The notes beneath the pieces were generated by a model. That model did not search any database, was not told the origin of the DNA, and saw only the letters and a list, made by a program, of their open reading frames with translations. Of a DNA stretch of 64,000 bases, positions 47,392 to 59,100 are shown piece by piece. The DNA comes from a virus (Duplodnaviria > Caudoviricetes): positions 64,001 through 128,000 of the IMG/VR virus record IMGVR_UViG_3300037067_026010; one strand, given 5' to 3'. The position numbers and the translations under genes are program-made. Within the stretch, counting starts at the first letter, position 1; every line of letters begins with the position of its first letter.

Positions 47392-47858
47392 ACATCCTCC
47401 TTTACGGTTTCGCGCGTGGCAGTGCCGCAACAAACACTCCACGAGTCCGGCGACTCTCCACGCTCGCATCGAGCCAAGGCGGCTTGAACAAAAACCAGTG
47501 GCTCGTCCAGCAACGCTTTTCCCTCCGCGGATCGCGCCGGCGTGTTCTTGAAATACTGCAGAATCTTTTCCGCATGCTTCAGCCCCGGAATGTACTGCCG
47601 AAACACGTGCTGGCCCCACACTTCGTCTGCGGCCGCCGCTTTTAATGCGCTGACGGGCGTATCCCCGGGGCACAATACGTGGGCTTCATAGCGAGCGTAT
47701 TCCTCGAAACAATTCGGCTCGACCAGAGCGATAAGACACACTCCTACCGCCAGCGCATGGTACACTAAGTGCGTGCCGTCCGGCATCTGTGCAGCCAGCA
47801 AAGCCCCGCTGACGAGCAACATACCGCGGCACAACAGCACCAGGTAAATTTTAAACAT
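47364..47858 (-). CDS. Two-TM membrane protein; N-terminal paralogue of 50992-51615
   Basis: MFKIYLVLLCRGMLL versus MFKVYVLLACRVFLL. Confidence 0.6.
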   Translation of the reverse strand: MFKIYLVLLCRGMLLVSGALLAAQMPDGTHLVYHALAVGVCLIALVEPNCFEEYARYEAHVLCPGDTPVSALKAAAADEVWGQHVFRQYIPGLKHAEKILQYFKNTPARSAEGKALLDEPLVFVQAALARCERGESPDSWSVCCGTATRETVKEDVCAERKRSC

Positions 47859-48039
47859 GTGATTTCCCTTCGTACAAATCATGGTTTTCGGTATTGGGTC
47901 AGGAATGTGTTGCCGGAATCCTTCTTGAAATGTTTTTTCTTTTTTGCAATCCACCCGAAAGAGTAATAGGCGCATCGGATTCCATTGGGATACATTGAAT
48001 CCAGCTTGGATTCCAAATGGCATTTCTAAGGGAAAAACT

Positions 48040-48693
48040 ATGATAGAACTCGAAAATTTGCGGGTTTCGCTCACAAAGAACGGGTATCTCAAGATCGCCA
48101 CGATTGTAGCAGAGCATCCCGGCCATGAAATGCTGGACCATGTTTCCGGCAGTCATGCGGGGGTCAACTTGGTCCGCTCACAAGTGGCGAACATTCTTTG
48201 CGCCGATCCGATAACCGGCACACTGCCAACGCTGTGGGATGATTTGCGGGATTACAATCTGCCGACGATCAGGGCATTTACACTTGTAGCGGTCATCTTC
48301 TCCCATGAACGATTGATCCGCGCATTTCTACGGGCTGGGCGCGGAACACCGTTTGGTACACTTCTTCGCAACGAAATGACCGAGAAGGAGTTTACGAATC
48401 TGCAATTTGCCATGTCGTCAGTGGGACTATGCGATTACCAACGCGGATCCGATCAAATCACTTATGATATGTCGGTTCTTACGGAGCAACTCAGCCGCGT
48501 CGGCGACTTGGTGCGCGAATTGTTGCGAGTCAAATTACAACGTTGTGGCTGGAGAGACCCTGATGTCTTCCGCATCGCGGCGGATCCTCCGGTTGAGGAA
48601 CAATGTATCCAAGAAGGCTTCCACGAAGTTTTTGGCATGACGGAGCATGCGTTCAGACAATGGCTTAGCGGCCGACCGAGACAGCCGCGCTAA
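48040..48693 (+). CDS. IS passenger gene of unknown function (217 aa), convergent with the MTase
   Basis: One of the few credible + strand ORFs; AAGGG RBS; lies inside the IS. Confidence 0.65.
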   Translation: MIELENLRVSLTKNGYLKIATIVAEHPGHEMLDHVSGSHAGVNLVRSQVANILCADPITGTLPTLWDDLRDYNLPTIRAFTLVAVIFSHERLIRAFLRAGRGTPFGTLLRNEMTEKEFTNLQFAMSSVGLCDYQRGSDQITYDMSVLTEQLSRVGDLVRELLRVKLQRCGWRDPDVFRIAADPPVEEQCIQEGFHEVFGMTEHAFRQWLSGRPRQPR

Positions 48694-49310
48694 GCACCGA
48701 CCGCACTTGCCATCCGTTCGGATCGTGAGTAGCCACGAATAAATGGGCGACTTTGCAAATAGGTTTCCGCTTCGTCGCCCCATGATTTCCATCGTGGGCG
48801 CGGCGCACGCGCAAAGAGTTCGAGATATGGCCCGGGGCTGCAAGCCTCGATTACGTCGTACAATTCGTCCGGTTTTCGGGAATGTTCGCGCTTGCGAGAT
48901 TCGACGATGTTGACTTGCCGCCGTCCAGGCGCAAGGGTTCGCATTGAACCACGAACGCCGAAAAGAACAACTTCCGTCACGTTTCGGAAATAGAAACCGA
49001 CGCCACGGCCATCCGGTCCGCCGTCCTTTCGTATTTTGTACCAGATTATATTCGTTTTGTAGGTAAAGCCCCAAGCATCCAGAACATCAAGCCCCTCTTT
49101 TAAGAGAGCGTTCGGAACCCATAGATACAAGTGGCTCCGTTCGGCGCAATGTGATGCTATCGGCATATCGCAGATTTCATCCAGCGACATTGTCTGGTAT
49201 CGGCGAAGCCGTTGATGCTCCGGCGCAACCTTTCCAGTGCGATTATCGAACCTCCAGGGGGGGTCTGCTAAAATGGTGCCAAAATGCCCAACAAGGCCGG
49301 GAAGCGTCAT
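48690..49310 (-). CDS. MT-A70 family N6-adenine methyltransferase
   Basis: ILADPPW, HLYLWVPN, WGFTYKTNIIWYK, GVGFYFRNVTE, HSRKPD, YLELFAR. Confidence 0.93.
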   Translation of the reverse strand: MTLPGLVGHFGTILADPPWRFDNRTGKVAPEHQRLRRYQTMSLDEICDMPIASHCAERSHLYLWVPNALLKEGLDVLDAWGFTYKTNIIWYKIRKDGGPDGRGVGFYFRNVTEVVLFGVRGSMRTLAPGRRQVNIVESRKREHSRKPDELYDVIEACSPGPYLELFARAPRPRWKSWGDEAETYLQSRPFIRGYSRSERMASAVGA

Positions 49311-49380
49311 ATTTCACCTGTAGCTTTTAATGGTTGTTTCGGTTATATCGGCTAAAAGACCGCCGATATTCAATTTTTCC

Positions 49381-49434
49381 GTCCACCCAAATTATACACA
49401 AATAAAAAACATTTGCAAGAGTTTTTGGGTGTAC
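49381..49434 (-). promoter_or_regulatory. MTase promoter (TTGCAA-N16-TATAAT) bracketed by inverted GTCCACCCAAA-type boxes
   Basis: GTCCACCCAAA at 49381-49391 and TTTGGGTGTAC at ~49424-49434. Confidence 0.6.
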
Positions 49435-49562
49435 AAAAAAGATCCATGCCGGATCTCAATCAGAGAGGAGAAAATAGTACTAGAAATGCGGCGGGTGTAC
49501 CGCGTCTTGGTCGGCGCAGCAGCCTTATAAACTGCCGTAGGTCTCGGCTATGCCGAAGGGGT

Positions 49563-49799
49563 TCAACTCCCACACCCGCCGTTTTTTTCTTCAAGAATGT
49601 CGCTATTTTTCTTAAGAATTCGGTTTGAAACACGCAATAGCACATCGCGGACAAACTCGGAGGTATTTTTTGCTTTCTTTAATTTAGCGGCTTGTTTAAC
49701 GAGGGCATACTCCGCTTTAGGCATCCGAAAATATTGTTTGGGAGTCTCGCCTGTGCGGGGACGACCTCTACTACGGAGGGATTTAGCTTTCTTTTTCAT
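49563..49799 (-). CDS. Small ribbon-helix-helix-like DNA-binding protein
   Basis: RGRPRTG, then YFRMPKAEYALVKQAAKL....NTSEFVRDVLL. Confidence 0.7.
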   Translation of the reverse strand: MKKKAKSLRSRGRPRTGETPKQYFRMPKAEYALVKQAAKLKKAKNTSEFVRDVLLRVSNRILKKNSDILEEKNGGCGS

Positions 49800-49805
49800 A
49801 CCCTT

Positions 49806-49880
49806 AGTTTACGTCCACCCAAAATTTTTGTCAATTCAAATAATATTTGGGTGGACAAATAATCGATGACTGTGTATAAT
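49806..49880. promoter_or_regulatory. Divergent promoters (RHH gene: TTGACA-N17-TAAACT on minus; transposase: TGGACA-N17-TATAAT on plus) overlapping inverted GTCCACCCAAA boxes
   Basis: Boxes at 49813-49823 and 49846-49856. Confidence 0.65.
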
Positions 49881-50010
49881 ATGAATATCAACAAAAAACC
49901 CCGGTCAGACTGGCATCCGGCCGGGGCAATCACAACCAAGCGGTTAAGCCTGATAGCGACTAGACACCCCTATTTTAGGCTTGCCCGCTGCAAAATGCAA
50001 AGGGTAATCC

Positions 50011-51009
50011 GTGATAGCTTTCGCCTGCAAGCATGAACAAGTTAAGAAACAAGGCCATGATAGGAATGGCAATCAACGCTTCCGATGCACCGTTTGCGGT
50101 AAGACCTGGATTGCTTCTAGGGTTAAGCCGTTTGGAGAAATGAGGATCGACCCGAAGAAAGCCCTTCAAGTGATTGAAATGCTCATGGAAGGCGTATCCA
50201 TCCGTTCGGCCGTCAGGCTGACCGGCATCGCCAAGGGGACGATTTTGCGACTTTTGGAACTTGTCGGGGACCGTGCCCAATACTACTGGACAATGGCGAT
50301 GAAGAATCTACCGGCAGCCAACGTACAAGTGGATGAGACCTGGGGGTTCGTTTACGCCAAGGAAAAAACTTGCTTGCGAAAACACCTTGGCACTGATTGT
50401 GGGGATGCCTACACCTTTTTGGCAATCGAGCGCGACAGCAAGTTAATCCTCGCTTGGCATGTAGGGCGGCGAGACCCGCAAGACACCGCTTGGTTTTCCG
50501 AGAAGCTACGAAACAACACGATGGGTCGATTCCAATTGACCACCGATGGATTCAAGCCATATTGTACGGCAATCCCGGAAGCATTCATGGGTAAGATCGA
50601 CTTTGCCCAATTGATTAAGACCTACGGAAAGCCGACCGGAGAGAGAAAGGCGGAAGCCCGCTATAGCCCCGCCGAAATAACCGGCATACGCAAACGGGAA
50701 ATGTGGGGCAATCCCGATATGAACGCCGTCAGCACTTCGCACATCGAAAGGCAAAACTTGAATATCCGCATGGGCGTTCGGCGCATGACTCGGCTAACGA
50801 ACGCATTCAGCAAGAAGTGGGAGAACCACGAAGCCCACTTGGCCTTGTGGTTTCTCTACTACAATTTCTGCCGACCCCATGCTACATTATCCAAGGGAGA
50901 GAAAAAGGGCGAAAGAGGAACGCCGAAAACGCCGGGCATGGAAGCCGGATTGACCGATCATGTTTGGAGTCTCGAAGAATTGCTCAATACTTTAGCAACA
51001 CATTATTGA
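50011..51009 (+). CDS. IS1-family DDE transposase (Zn ribbon + HTH + catalytic domain in one ORF)
   Basis: GNQRFRCTVCGKT, EGVSIRSAVRLTG, VDETWGFV, LTTDGF, TSHIERQNL..RM..RR.TR.T..FSKK, YYNFCRPH. Confidence 0.93.
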   Translation: MIAFACKHEQVKKQGHDRNGNQRFRCTVCGKTWIASRVKPFGEMRIDPKKALQVIEMLMEGVSIRSAVRLTGIAKGTILRLLELVGDRAQYYWTMAMKNLPAANVQVDETWGFVYAKEKTCLRKHLGTDCGDAYTFLAIERDSKLILAWHVGRRDPQDTAWFSEKLRNNTMGRFQLTTDGFKPYCTAIPEAFMGKIDFAQLIKTYGKPTGERKAEARYSPAEITGIRKREMWGNPDMNAVSTSHIERQNLNIRMGVRRMTRLTNAFSKKWENHEAHLALWFLYYNFCRPHATLSKGEKKGERGTPKTPGMEAGLTDHVWSLEELLNTLATHY

Positions 51010-51615
51010 CCCAATACCTGGTTTTCGCATTTTCTTGTTTTTCTTCCGGGCTGCCCGTTTTGCCTCGATAAGTTCGGAGCACTTCGCCGTCAACGCCTCC
51101 GCGCAGGCTTGCTGTTGCTCGTCGTAGTCCTCCGCGTCCTGTTCGATGCCCAAGTGGTGGCATGCCGCGCGCGCTAATTCCTCGCCGAGACACTCCACGA
51201 CGTCGCCCACGGGGAGGCTGCTGTCGAACATTATGACCGCCCGCTTGCTTCGGTCGCTAGGGTATGTAGCATACCCTACTGCGCCGGCCTCCTCTTGCGC
51301 CAAATCCGGCTCCACCCACCAAACGAGCGGACAGGGCAAATTCGGCCACAACGCCATGTAAGCCCGCGCCAGCATGTCGAACGGATCGATGCTGAAGAAC
51401 CTGCAGCCCGTGTTGGTCCGCGCGACGCGCTTTGCAACGCCGGCAGTTCGGCACTCTTTCGTGAAGCTCGGGATGATCACCACGCTGAGGCATATTCCGG
51501 CAACCAGCATCCGGTGTAGATGCGGCGCCTCCGCCGGCAGTCCGAGGGCCAGCACGAGCCCCGCTATAAGCAGAAAGACGCGGCACGCCAGGAGCACGTA
51601 GACCTTAAACATCAT
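50992..51615 (-). CDS. Two-TM protein with a degenerate zincin-like segment; C-terminus extended by the IS end
   Basis: Contains LGEELARAACH. The pre-insertion end would read MRKP-stop, with the TGA now at 47879-47881. Confidence 0.6.
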   Translation of the reverse strand: MMFKVYVLLACRVFLLIAGLVLALGLPAEAPHLHRMLVAGICLSVVIIPSFTKECRTAGVAKRVARTNTGCRFFSIDPFDMLARAYMALWPNLPCPLVWWVEPDLAQEEAGAVGYATYPSDRSKRAVIMFDSSLPVGDVVECLGEELARAACHHLGIEQDAEDYDEQQQACAEALTAKCSELIEAKRAARKKNKKMRKPGIGSIMCC

Positions 51616-52391
51616 TTTTTCGTCCTTTCCGGCGTTTAACGCCTTTCGCTTGTTTCCCGGGCCGGCCTTCGGCGTTCAACATCACGACTTTGGCGAAATC
51701 GGCTTTCATCGCCTCGTGCCCTCGGTGCAATATTTGCGCGAGGAGCATGTCCTGGTTGTCGCCGCCGGCCAGCGCGATACGCGTTTGCTGCAGCATAGAT
51801 AATAGATCAGCGGCTTTCTTTATTCCGCTTTGACTCATAGTACACGTCCTTTCTTATCACGACGGCTAAGTCCTATACTTATTATGCCAGTATTTTGCCG
51901 CTTTTTTACTTCACGATCGAAACCGCCAAGATACGGCCGTTTTTGAACTGCACGATCCTCTTGCGGGTAATGCCGCGCTCCACGAGGCTGGTGTAATGGA
52001 TACTCAGCTCCTTCGCGTACTCCTGCAGCAGCTTTGCCACCGTCAGGTCCCTGGCGAGTTTCGCCGCTTCGCGCCGCGACTCGAAAAATTGCACAGGAAA
52101 GTCGTCTCCCTCGCAACACGCTACGACGAGATAACCGTTCATGCTTGCTCCTTCTTGCGTTGTTCGTTTTTTGCAATCTTCCAACGTCGCTTCAGCCTCC
52201 CGGGCGATAGGGTCACAAAGCGTGTCCCAAAATGCCCCGATGCCCTGCGCTGCCTGGGGCCACCCGTCGCTATAAGGCAAACACGCCTCCTGCACAAGCT
52301 GCAAAAGCCTCTGATGGACAATTTCCAAATTTTTTCGCATTGCCTGCATAAGCCCATGCCGCCGTGCCTGGGCGCGCCGTGCGTTTAGCAT
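51605..52391 (-). other. Two hypothetical genes (51605-51838 and 51906-52391)
   Basis: ORF track plus RBS-like sequences. Confidence 0.5.
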
Positions 52392-55300
52392 AAATAACTC
52401 CTCTTTTCATGCCAGCTCCTGGGCTTGCTCACGAATCGCTCGCGCGATAGGTGTAATGATGCGGCCACTGGACCGAATTATGGTTTGCCCCAAGATCCAC
52501 GAGTCCGCAAAAGGCTCTACAAACCCCGCCTGGCACTCGGAGGCCAGACGGCTCGTGCTGCTGCCTAATTGATCGATAATGTCTTTTTCTTGCATAGACG
52601 CTCCTTTATCTCGGCTACGGCTTGCCCAGCAATTACCTCGCGGACCACATCATGCAGGTCGTTCACCGTGAATTCCACTGCAAGGGCGCGCGATGCAACC
52701 TCTGCAGCTACCTGGCACTGGCCCAGGTTGTGCAGCGATGTCAGCAACCTCCTTCGCAAAACCGTGTGAACGGCGATCTGCTCGTACAAGGTAGTTGCCG
52801 GATTGGCTTTATCGGCGAAATTCACCGTACGGTTAGTCCTGCGCGTCATGGTTTATCTCCCTAACCGCTGCAAACGCCTGCTCTACGACGGCAGTGCGCA
52901 ATCCATGTTGGTTACGACCGACTAATTCAAGGATCTGTGTCCGTACTGCGGGATTTATAGGTTCCGCGGCATCGAATATATGTATCCAGACCGTTTCGTT
53001 GACCTGGTCTTCGTGGGTATCCAGCTGGCCCGCTACGCTCTCCATGTAGCTCATGGTCTATGCGCCCTCTTCTCTACGGTGTGCCTGGCCTGCTCGCGGA
53101 GGGCTCGCCATATGTCTTCTCGCGCCTGGGTAACCGCTGCATCCTGCAGTACACGGAGACGCACGTCGGTGCTCACGCATCGCCCGATCCCGGCCCTCAG
53201 CGTGTTATCGAGGTACGTTACCAGCATATTCTCAGCCGCCAACAGGGGCCGGGCCACTACGTCCTGTTTATTCAACATGCTTACCTCCCCTCTATGGTGG
53301 CGATAAGGGCAGCGCGCAGTGCCGTGAGTACGTCGAAGCCTGGTACTACTACCTCGTCCCACGCGCGCGCCCGCATCCTAGGCGATACGTGCCGATACGT
53401 AGCCTCATTCAGGCCGACCCTAAGCGGCGACACAAACCGCCATTGCCCCGGCACTTGTACCTGCTCCGCAATAGCGCGCACTGTTCGATCATGTTGGGTA
53501 CTTGGAGGGATTTTCATGGTTTGTATTTCGGAAAGTTTTCTGTTAGAGATCATCCTCATTTTGTACGACGAGCCCGCTTTGTTGGCGTGCTTGCTCGCGA
53601 ATTACTGTCCTGATCTCCCGCAGGGCAGCAGCTGGAATCAGCAATGCATCGGCTGCTGCGAGGCAACCACGCTTGGTCATTGCGTTCCCCATCTTCGCAC
53701 CGTACTCCTCGACAGCCTTCAGGATTTGTACGGAGATTTCATGGTACGTCATAGGCGCTCCTCATCTCGACATTGGTCGTACGCAGCTTGCCCTACCGGC
53801 AGCAAAACGTTACTGATGGTGTCTTCTATCACCGCTGCTATGCCGGCACGTTCCCTGCCCGGAGGCAACGCGGCTTGGCAGGCGTGTCGCAGCTCCTGGT
53901 GCAACTCGTCGGCAAGCATACGCCACAGCACGGCATTACGCTGTGTCATAGCCGCTCCTTTGCGCGTTTGCGCAGATGTGGTGCCAGCTGCTCACGGAGC
54001 TGTTCAAGTATAAGTGCCCCGGCCGTATTGCTACGGCGAACTATTCTACCTAATTGCGCGTGCACCTCGCCGCTAACGCTTGCGCACAGCATCCGACTTA
54101 TTTCCTCTACCGCAGGCGCAACCCGGCGTAACTGGTCAATTATGTCATCACGCGTCATGGCTTCTCTCCCTGACCGCTGCAATCACCTGCTCTATAATAA
54201 CAATTCGCAATCCACGTTGGTTACGACCGACTAATCCAAGGATCTGTGTCCGTACTTGTGCCGTAAGCTGCGCGCGGAGACCTGCCTCGCAAACAATCCA
54301 CATGCTGTCGCGCATGCGCTTATACGGCGTATCGCGTGTCTGCTCGCTAATATCAGGCAAGATCATTGCCGCTCCTTTATCTCGACTATCGCCTGCGCAC
54401 GGATGAGGTCTGTTATACGCTGGCACACGACCTGCCGCACAATTCCCGCACGGCGTATAACCGTGGGTAGATTGCGCGACACATGAGCGTCAAACACGTC
54501 CATGGCTTTTACAACTTCCCAACGAAAACTGAAGATTTTCTGCGTCATAAAATCTATATGCCGCGCGACAGCGTCGTCCTGATGCACGGCTGCATTTCTT
54601 TTGATACGCATGTTTAGTTCACCCTTTCTACAGGAAAGCGTGGGGCGCAGGCCCGGTATGCCTCGCACAAGCTTTTAGTCTTGAACTGCGACCACTTGTA
54701 GGGAAACGTCGGCGCCCGCGATACTGCCGCTGACGACCGCGTCAAGCAACCGCGCCGCCGCCTTCACATTGTTGATCGGGCCCTCGGATTCCGGACAAGC
54801 AATCTCGATCACGACTTTCATCGTGTTCTTGGGCTTGTAAGGAGCAGAAAATTCGCGTTCGATGCCATCCTGCAGTTCTGCTGCCTTCGCGCGCACGCTT
54901 TTGATGCCTTGTTGCGCTTGTTTTTTGGTATCGTACGGCCCGTAGATGTCCTTGCCGTATGCTATGCTCGTTACATTGAAATACCAAGTCATGCTGTGTA
55001 CCTTTTTTTAATAATTTTCAATTATGTCCCTGTACCCGCTGCCGCAGCGGCCTGCTCGCGGAGGCCACGCCGCACTTCTTCTTGGGCCTGGGCAATCGTA
55101 GTACCTCGGAACTCCGAGGGCGCATGGCCCCAACGCTCCCGCACAGCCCGCCTGACCGCGAACCTGACCTCGGCATTAGTACGTTGCAGGGGCGCGGCCA
55201 CCACCCGTCGTGCGCCGCCCGAAGCTGCTGTGATCAATTGCTGCACAATACCCCTACGGTTTGTCATGGCGCGACTCCTTCCGGATCTGCTGCAACACGC

Positions 55301-56126
55301 CGGTGCGCAGCGGCGCAAGTCCTATGGATACCTCGTAGACAATGTCTGACTCAATGTCGTCGGCGAGGTTGCCGTCGATGCACGCGTCTTGCACCTTCAC
55401 CATCGCGTCAAACAATTTGTCCATAATTGAACACAGTCGGTCGTCTAGCTGCTTTCCGACATTAACGCGTGCCATGGCACAACTCCTTTCTGTGCGAAAG
55501 CCGCTCGATTCTGCCCTGAGGGCCCATCCGGCGGTTCGCCGTACAGCGGCTGTTAATCGCCCGCACCCGCTGCCGCCCGGGGCAACTCGTGGGTTTGCCG
55601 CAGAATTTGCGGCCACAGTTGCCGTAGGACTGGCTGCTGTGCTTGTTCCCAGACCTGTTCTTGGATTTGCCTGCAGACTTGTCCACGGACTTGCTCCTGG
55701 ACTCGCTGCCGAATGTGCCATTCGAACATCTTGGGAACTTGCGATAGCTGTGAACTTTGTATCTTCATAAGTCACCCTCCGCATCAAACTTGGCCTGCTC
55801 CTCCATGCGGAGTTGCCAAATTTGCGACTCGATCTGCTGACGACACTGTTGATGCACTGGCGGCACGGTTTGCTGCCGAACTTGCTGCTCGATTGGTCGC
55901 CGGATTTGCCGATGGATCTTGTCTATGCCCGCCGGCCAGATCTGTTCTAGGCCCTGCAACAACCCTTGTATTTGCCGCCGAACTCGCCACCCAACCTGTT
56001 CGTCCGCTTGCCGACGAATCTGCTGCAAACTCGAGTTTCTTAGCTTCATATATCGCCCTCCCTAGTAAGACTAGTTTGCCGCCGGTAGACCTCCGCGAAT
56101 ATAATACTTACGAACTTTATGCCCGG

Positions 56127-56142
56127 CGGTGCTTAATTACCG
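56127..56142 (-). promoter_or_regulatory. 16-bp palindrome, copy 6
   Basis: Exact reverse complement, CGGTGCTTAATTACCG. Confidence 0.7.
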
Positions 56143-59100
56143 CGGCCCGTACACGACAGCACTGCGTGCTTGCTCGGCTACTGCATCCCTAAGATGGTCG
56201 TACACGACATCCGTACCTATAAGTGTGCGTCTATCGACCACGCGAAGAACGGCCTGGCTGCACCACGAGCAGGTATGCACAGCCGACAACAGCCCTTTGC
56301 AGCGCTCGCGCACATCATCCCAACTTTGCCAAAGTATCTCACCTTCGCCCATGCTTGACTCCTTGCGTAGCCTCGACCTGTTCCGCACATTCCATAAAAA
56401 TTGGGAGCAATTGTCGGCTGCGTATAGATAACATATTGGTGGGTGCCACCGTCAGCTCCGTATCGCCTGTCAGGCTCCGCATGTCGCACCACAAATTGCT
56501 CATTCCCAGCACGCCGTCACCGATAATACCTACCTGGCGCGATATATGCTCCGAGCGACACCTCACAGCCTCGCGCGCCGGTTCTCTATTGGCCATGAGC
56601 ACCTCCTATAATTGCGACAGCTTCGTGCTGCACGGCAATCATATCCTGCAACCCATACTGGGCGGGCGCGACGCACCTAAAACAATAAAGCCTGACAGGC
56701 TGCAACACACGGTCGCTAACTTGGGCGATGACGGTGCGCTCCAGCTGCTGCAGGCTGTCGAGTTCGTCGGCCAGCGTTCTGAGTATATATTTATCTTGCT
56801 GCACGTTACGGCCCCCCTTCCGCTGTTGCCGTTGCCTGGGTGGCAATCTCCGCAGTAATCTCCAAGATAACTGCATTGTCTATTCCGAGCTGCTCCACGG
56901 GGATCTTGACCGCTTGGTGCACTGTGCGCTGCAGTCTCCGCCGCACGGCAGCACTCACTAGCGCCGGGCCGGTCCAGCACAGCGGGGTATGCCGGTCAAG
57001 TTGTTCATGCAGTATTTCGTAGCGCGTCATGGCACTTTCCCCCTGTAGTACATTGCTCCACGGCGGCCGCATGAATAATATCGCTTACGTTCACTATGAC
57101 ATCTAGCGGCTGCCAAATCGTGTCCAGCGCTAAAATCCGCACTGCTTTGGTCGAGCCGGATGGCGGGTTCACTATTTGCATGGCGGCTGTGCCGAGCTGG
57201 CGGCATAATTCCTGGCGTATCGGGCCTTTCGTCATGGTTCTATCTCCTGCTCTATTGCCTTGATCAACATCAACCTAAGCACGGCATCCCGCATATCCAC
57301 CGTGTCGGTAACCTCGTCAACTTGCCGGCGTATCGTCACGTCCACCATACGCTTGACCGCATTGTCTTTAGTGCAATACTGCTGCGTCAGGGCCGGGTCG
57401 ACGGCCTTTTGGGTTTGCCGGATGATCTTCGCGCGTCGGGCAGCTGGAATTACCTCATCGGCTACCTGGGCACAAATCACGCTCCGGACGTGCTGTGATA
57501 TGGCGACGCTCACGCCGTCGTAAACTACGTCACATACTCTCCCGGATATGTTGTCCAGTGTCAGCCCGCCGACACCCATCCTGTGCGGCCAATACTCCAG
57601 CTGCTGATGAAGCTGGTCGATCGTAATATGCTTTTTATCGATCATGGTCGATTATCGCCTCCTGCACGCAATCTTGAGCGCTGCCGCGCAGCGTCGGTTT
57701 AAGCACGAGGTCTAGAGGCGTATCAAGTCTCTGCAAGACGCGCACGAAGACGTTTTCCGACACATGTACCGTCGGAAGGGCATACCGCGCCAACAGATTG
57801 ACGACGCTGTCCTGGCTTTGCCAGGCAATTTGACTACGGGACATTTTAGATTTGCCGGACATGGGCTGCTACCTCCTCGTGAACCTGGCCTCGTATAACT
57901 CCGCGCAGCACCGTGCTCGAACCGTCCACACGATTCCATATCACCAGCGTTGCCATATGCCTAACACCGCCTGCGACACGTTGGTCCAGGTTTAACGCGG
58001 ACGTTGCCCGTATAATATCTTCCAGAACTTCGTGGACTGCTCGCCGCAGAATATCGCTACGGTTCGTCATGAGTCAGATCCTTTCTGGCCTGCTCCCTTA
58101 CAACGCTATGCAGCGGTGCAAGCCCTCGTGATACTTGCCCGGTTATAGCATTCCAAATGATGCTGTCATCGAGGTCCCCGGCCACTCGCGCACTAATTGT
58201 AGCGTGGATTTGCTTGTACATAAGATCCACGCCCTGATATGCTCTGCCGCTGATTCGTACTCCGATGTTTGGCTGCTTCATGGCGCGCCCGCGTCTATTA
58301 TGTGGGCAGTGCTACGGAACTCACCGGGCTGCAGAACATCGGGCGGGTGGTCGAGCACGAGCCAGCGTCTCATCTCGCGAAGCAGGCGCCATGCTGCTTG
58401 CTCTTGTACGTAGTCAGCCGTGGTCTCGTCGATGTTCGGCCTCGGCGGGCCGATGCCCCAGAGCCTGGTAAACACCTGCGTATTGATCAAGCCGCTGATA
58501 TACCCGCACTCGGCGATGCGCGCATTGCATACCAGCAAAATTTGCTCTGTTATTCGCTTGCCGGCGGCACTCCAGGCTTGTTGCATAATATCATCTTGGC
58601 ACATATTTACTCCTCCACGGTAAGCTGGACGTGTTCTTTGAGCTGGGCCCGCAGTAACCGCCGCAGGTTGCCCTGCGGTGCGTTGACGCCTATACGCATG
58701 TCCGAGCGCACGCTGCGTATGAGCTTGCCGGATGCACGCGCCCGCACATTCTCGCTTACCTGTTGACCGGTACTACTCCAGATACGGGCCCAAAGTTGTC
58801 CGAGCACCTGGTCCGTAATGTGGCCTCTTTTCATTTTCGTAGGATCTCCTCGCAAAGCTGGTCCGCCTGGTCGTGCACACTCGTGCCCGTCGCCCCCAGC
58901 ACAGTGAATGCGCTCTCTGCATTGCTAAACCGCCCCAACACGCTGGCAAGGCTCACAGCCTCGATATACCCTATCTGGGGCATCTTGAGGATCTGGTTGA
59001 GTACCACCTGACTTTGGATCACGAACAACTGCTGTTCGATGCTATGCGTCTTCATCGAATACTCCCGGAGGCCCCCCTAACGGCATACCCAACACCTCCA

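Larger units (their letters stand above)
47890..51018 (+). mobile_element. IS1-family transporter IS (3129 bp) with passenger genes
   Basis: 24-bp terminal inverted repeats GGTATTGGGTCAGGAATGTGTTGC (47890-47913) and GCAACACATTATTGACCCAATACC (50995-51018), 22/24 matched. 8-bp target duplication TGGTTTTC (47882-47889 and 51019-51026). Lower GC than the flanks. Confidence 0.93.

Noticed and set aside
47859-48101. N-terminal extensions of the 47364-48101 and 47944-48693 ORFs
   Set aside because: The minus-strand extension crosses the IS boundary and the plus-strand one lacks an RBS. Better starts are 47858 and 48040.
48685-48700. Partial palindrome matches (TAAGCACCG here, ATTAAGCACG at ~41501, GCGGTAATT at ~11321)
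   Set aside because: Half-sites only, which could occur by chance.
53060-54013. 317-aa + strand ORF and other long + strand ORFs outside the IS
   Set aside because: They overlap well-punctuated minus-strand genes and are expected shadows in GC-rich DNA.
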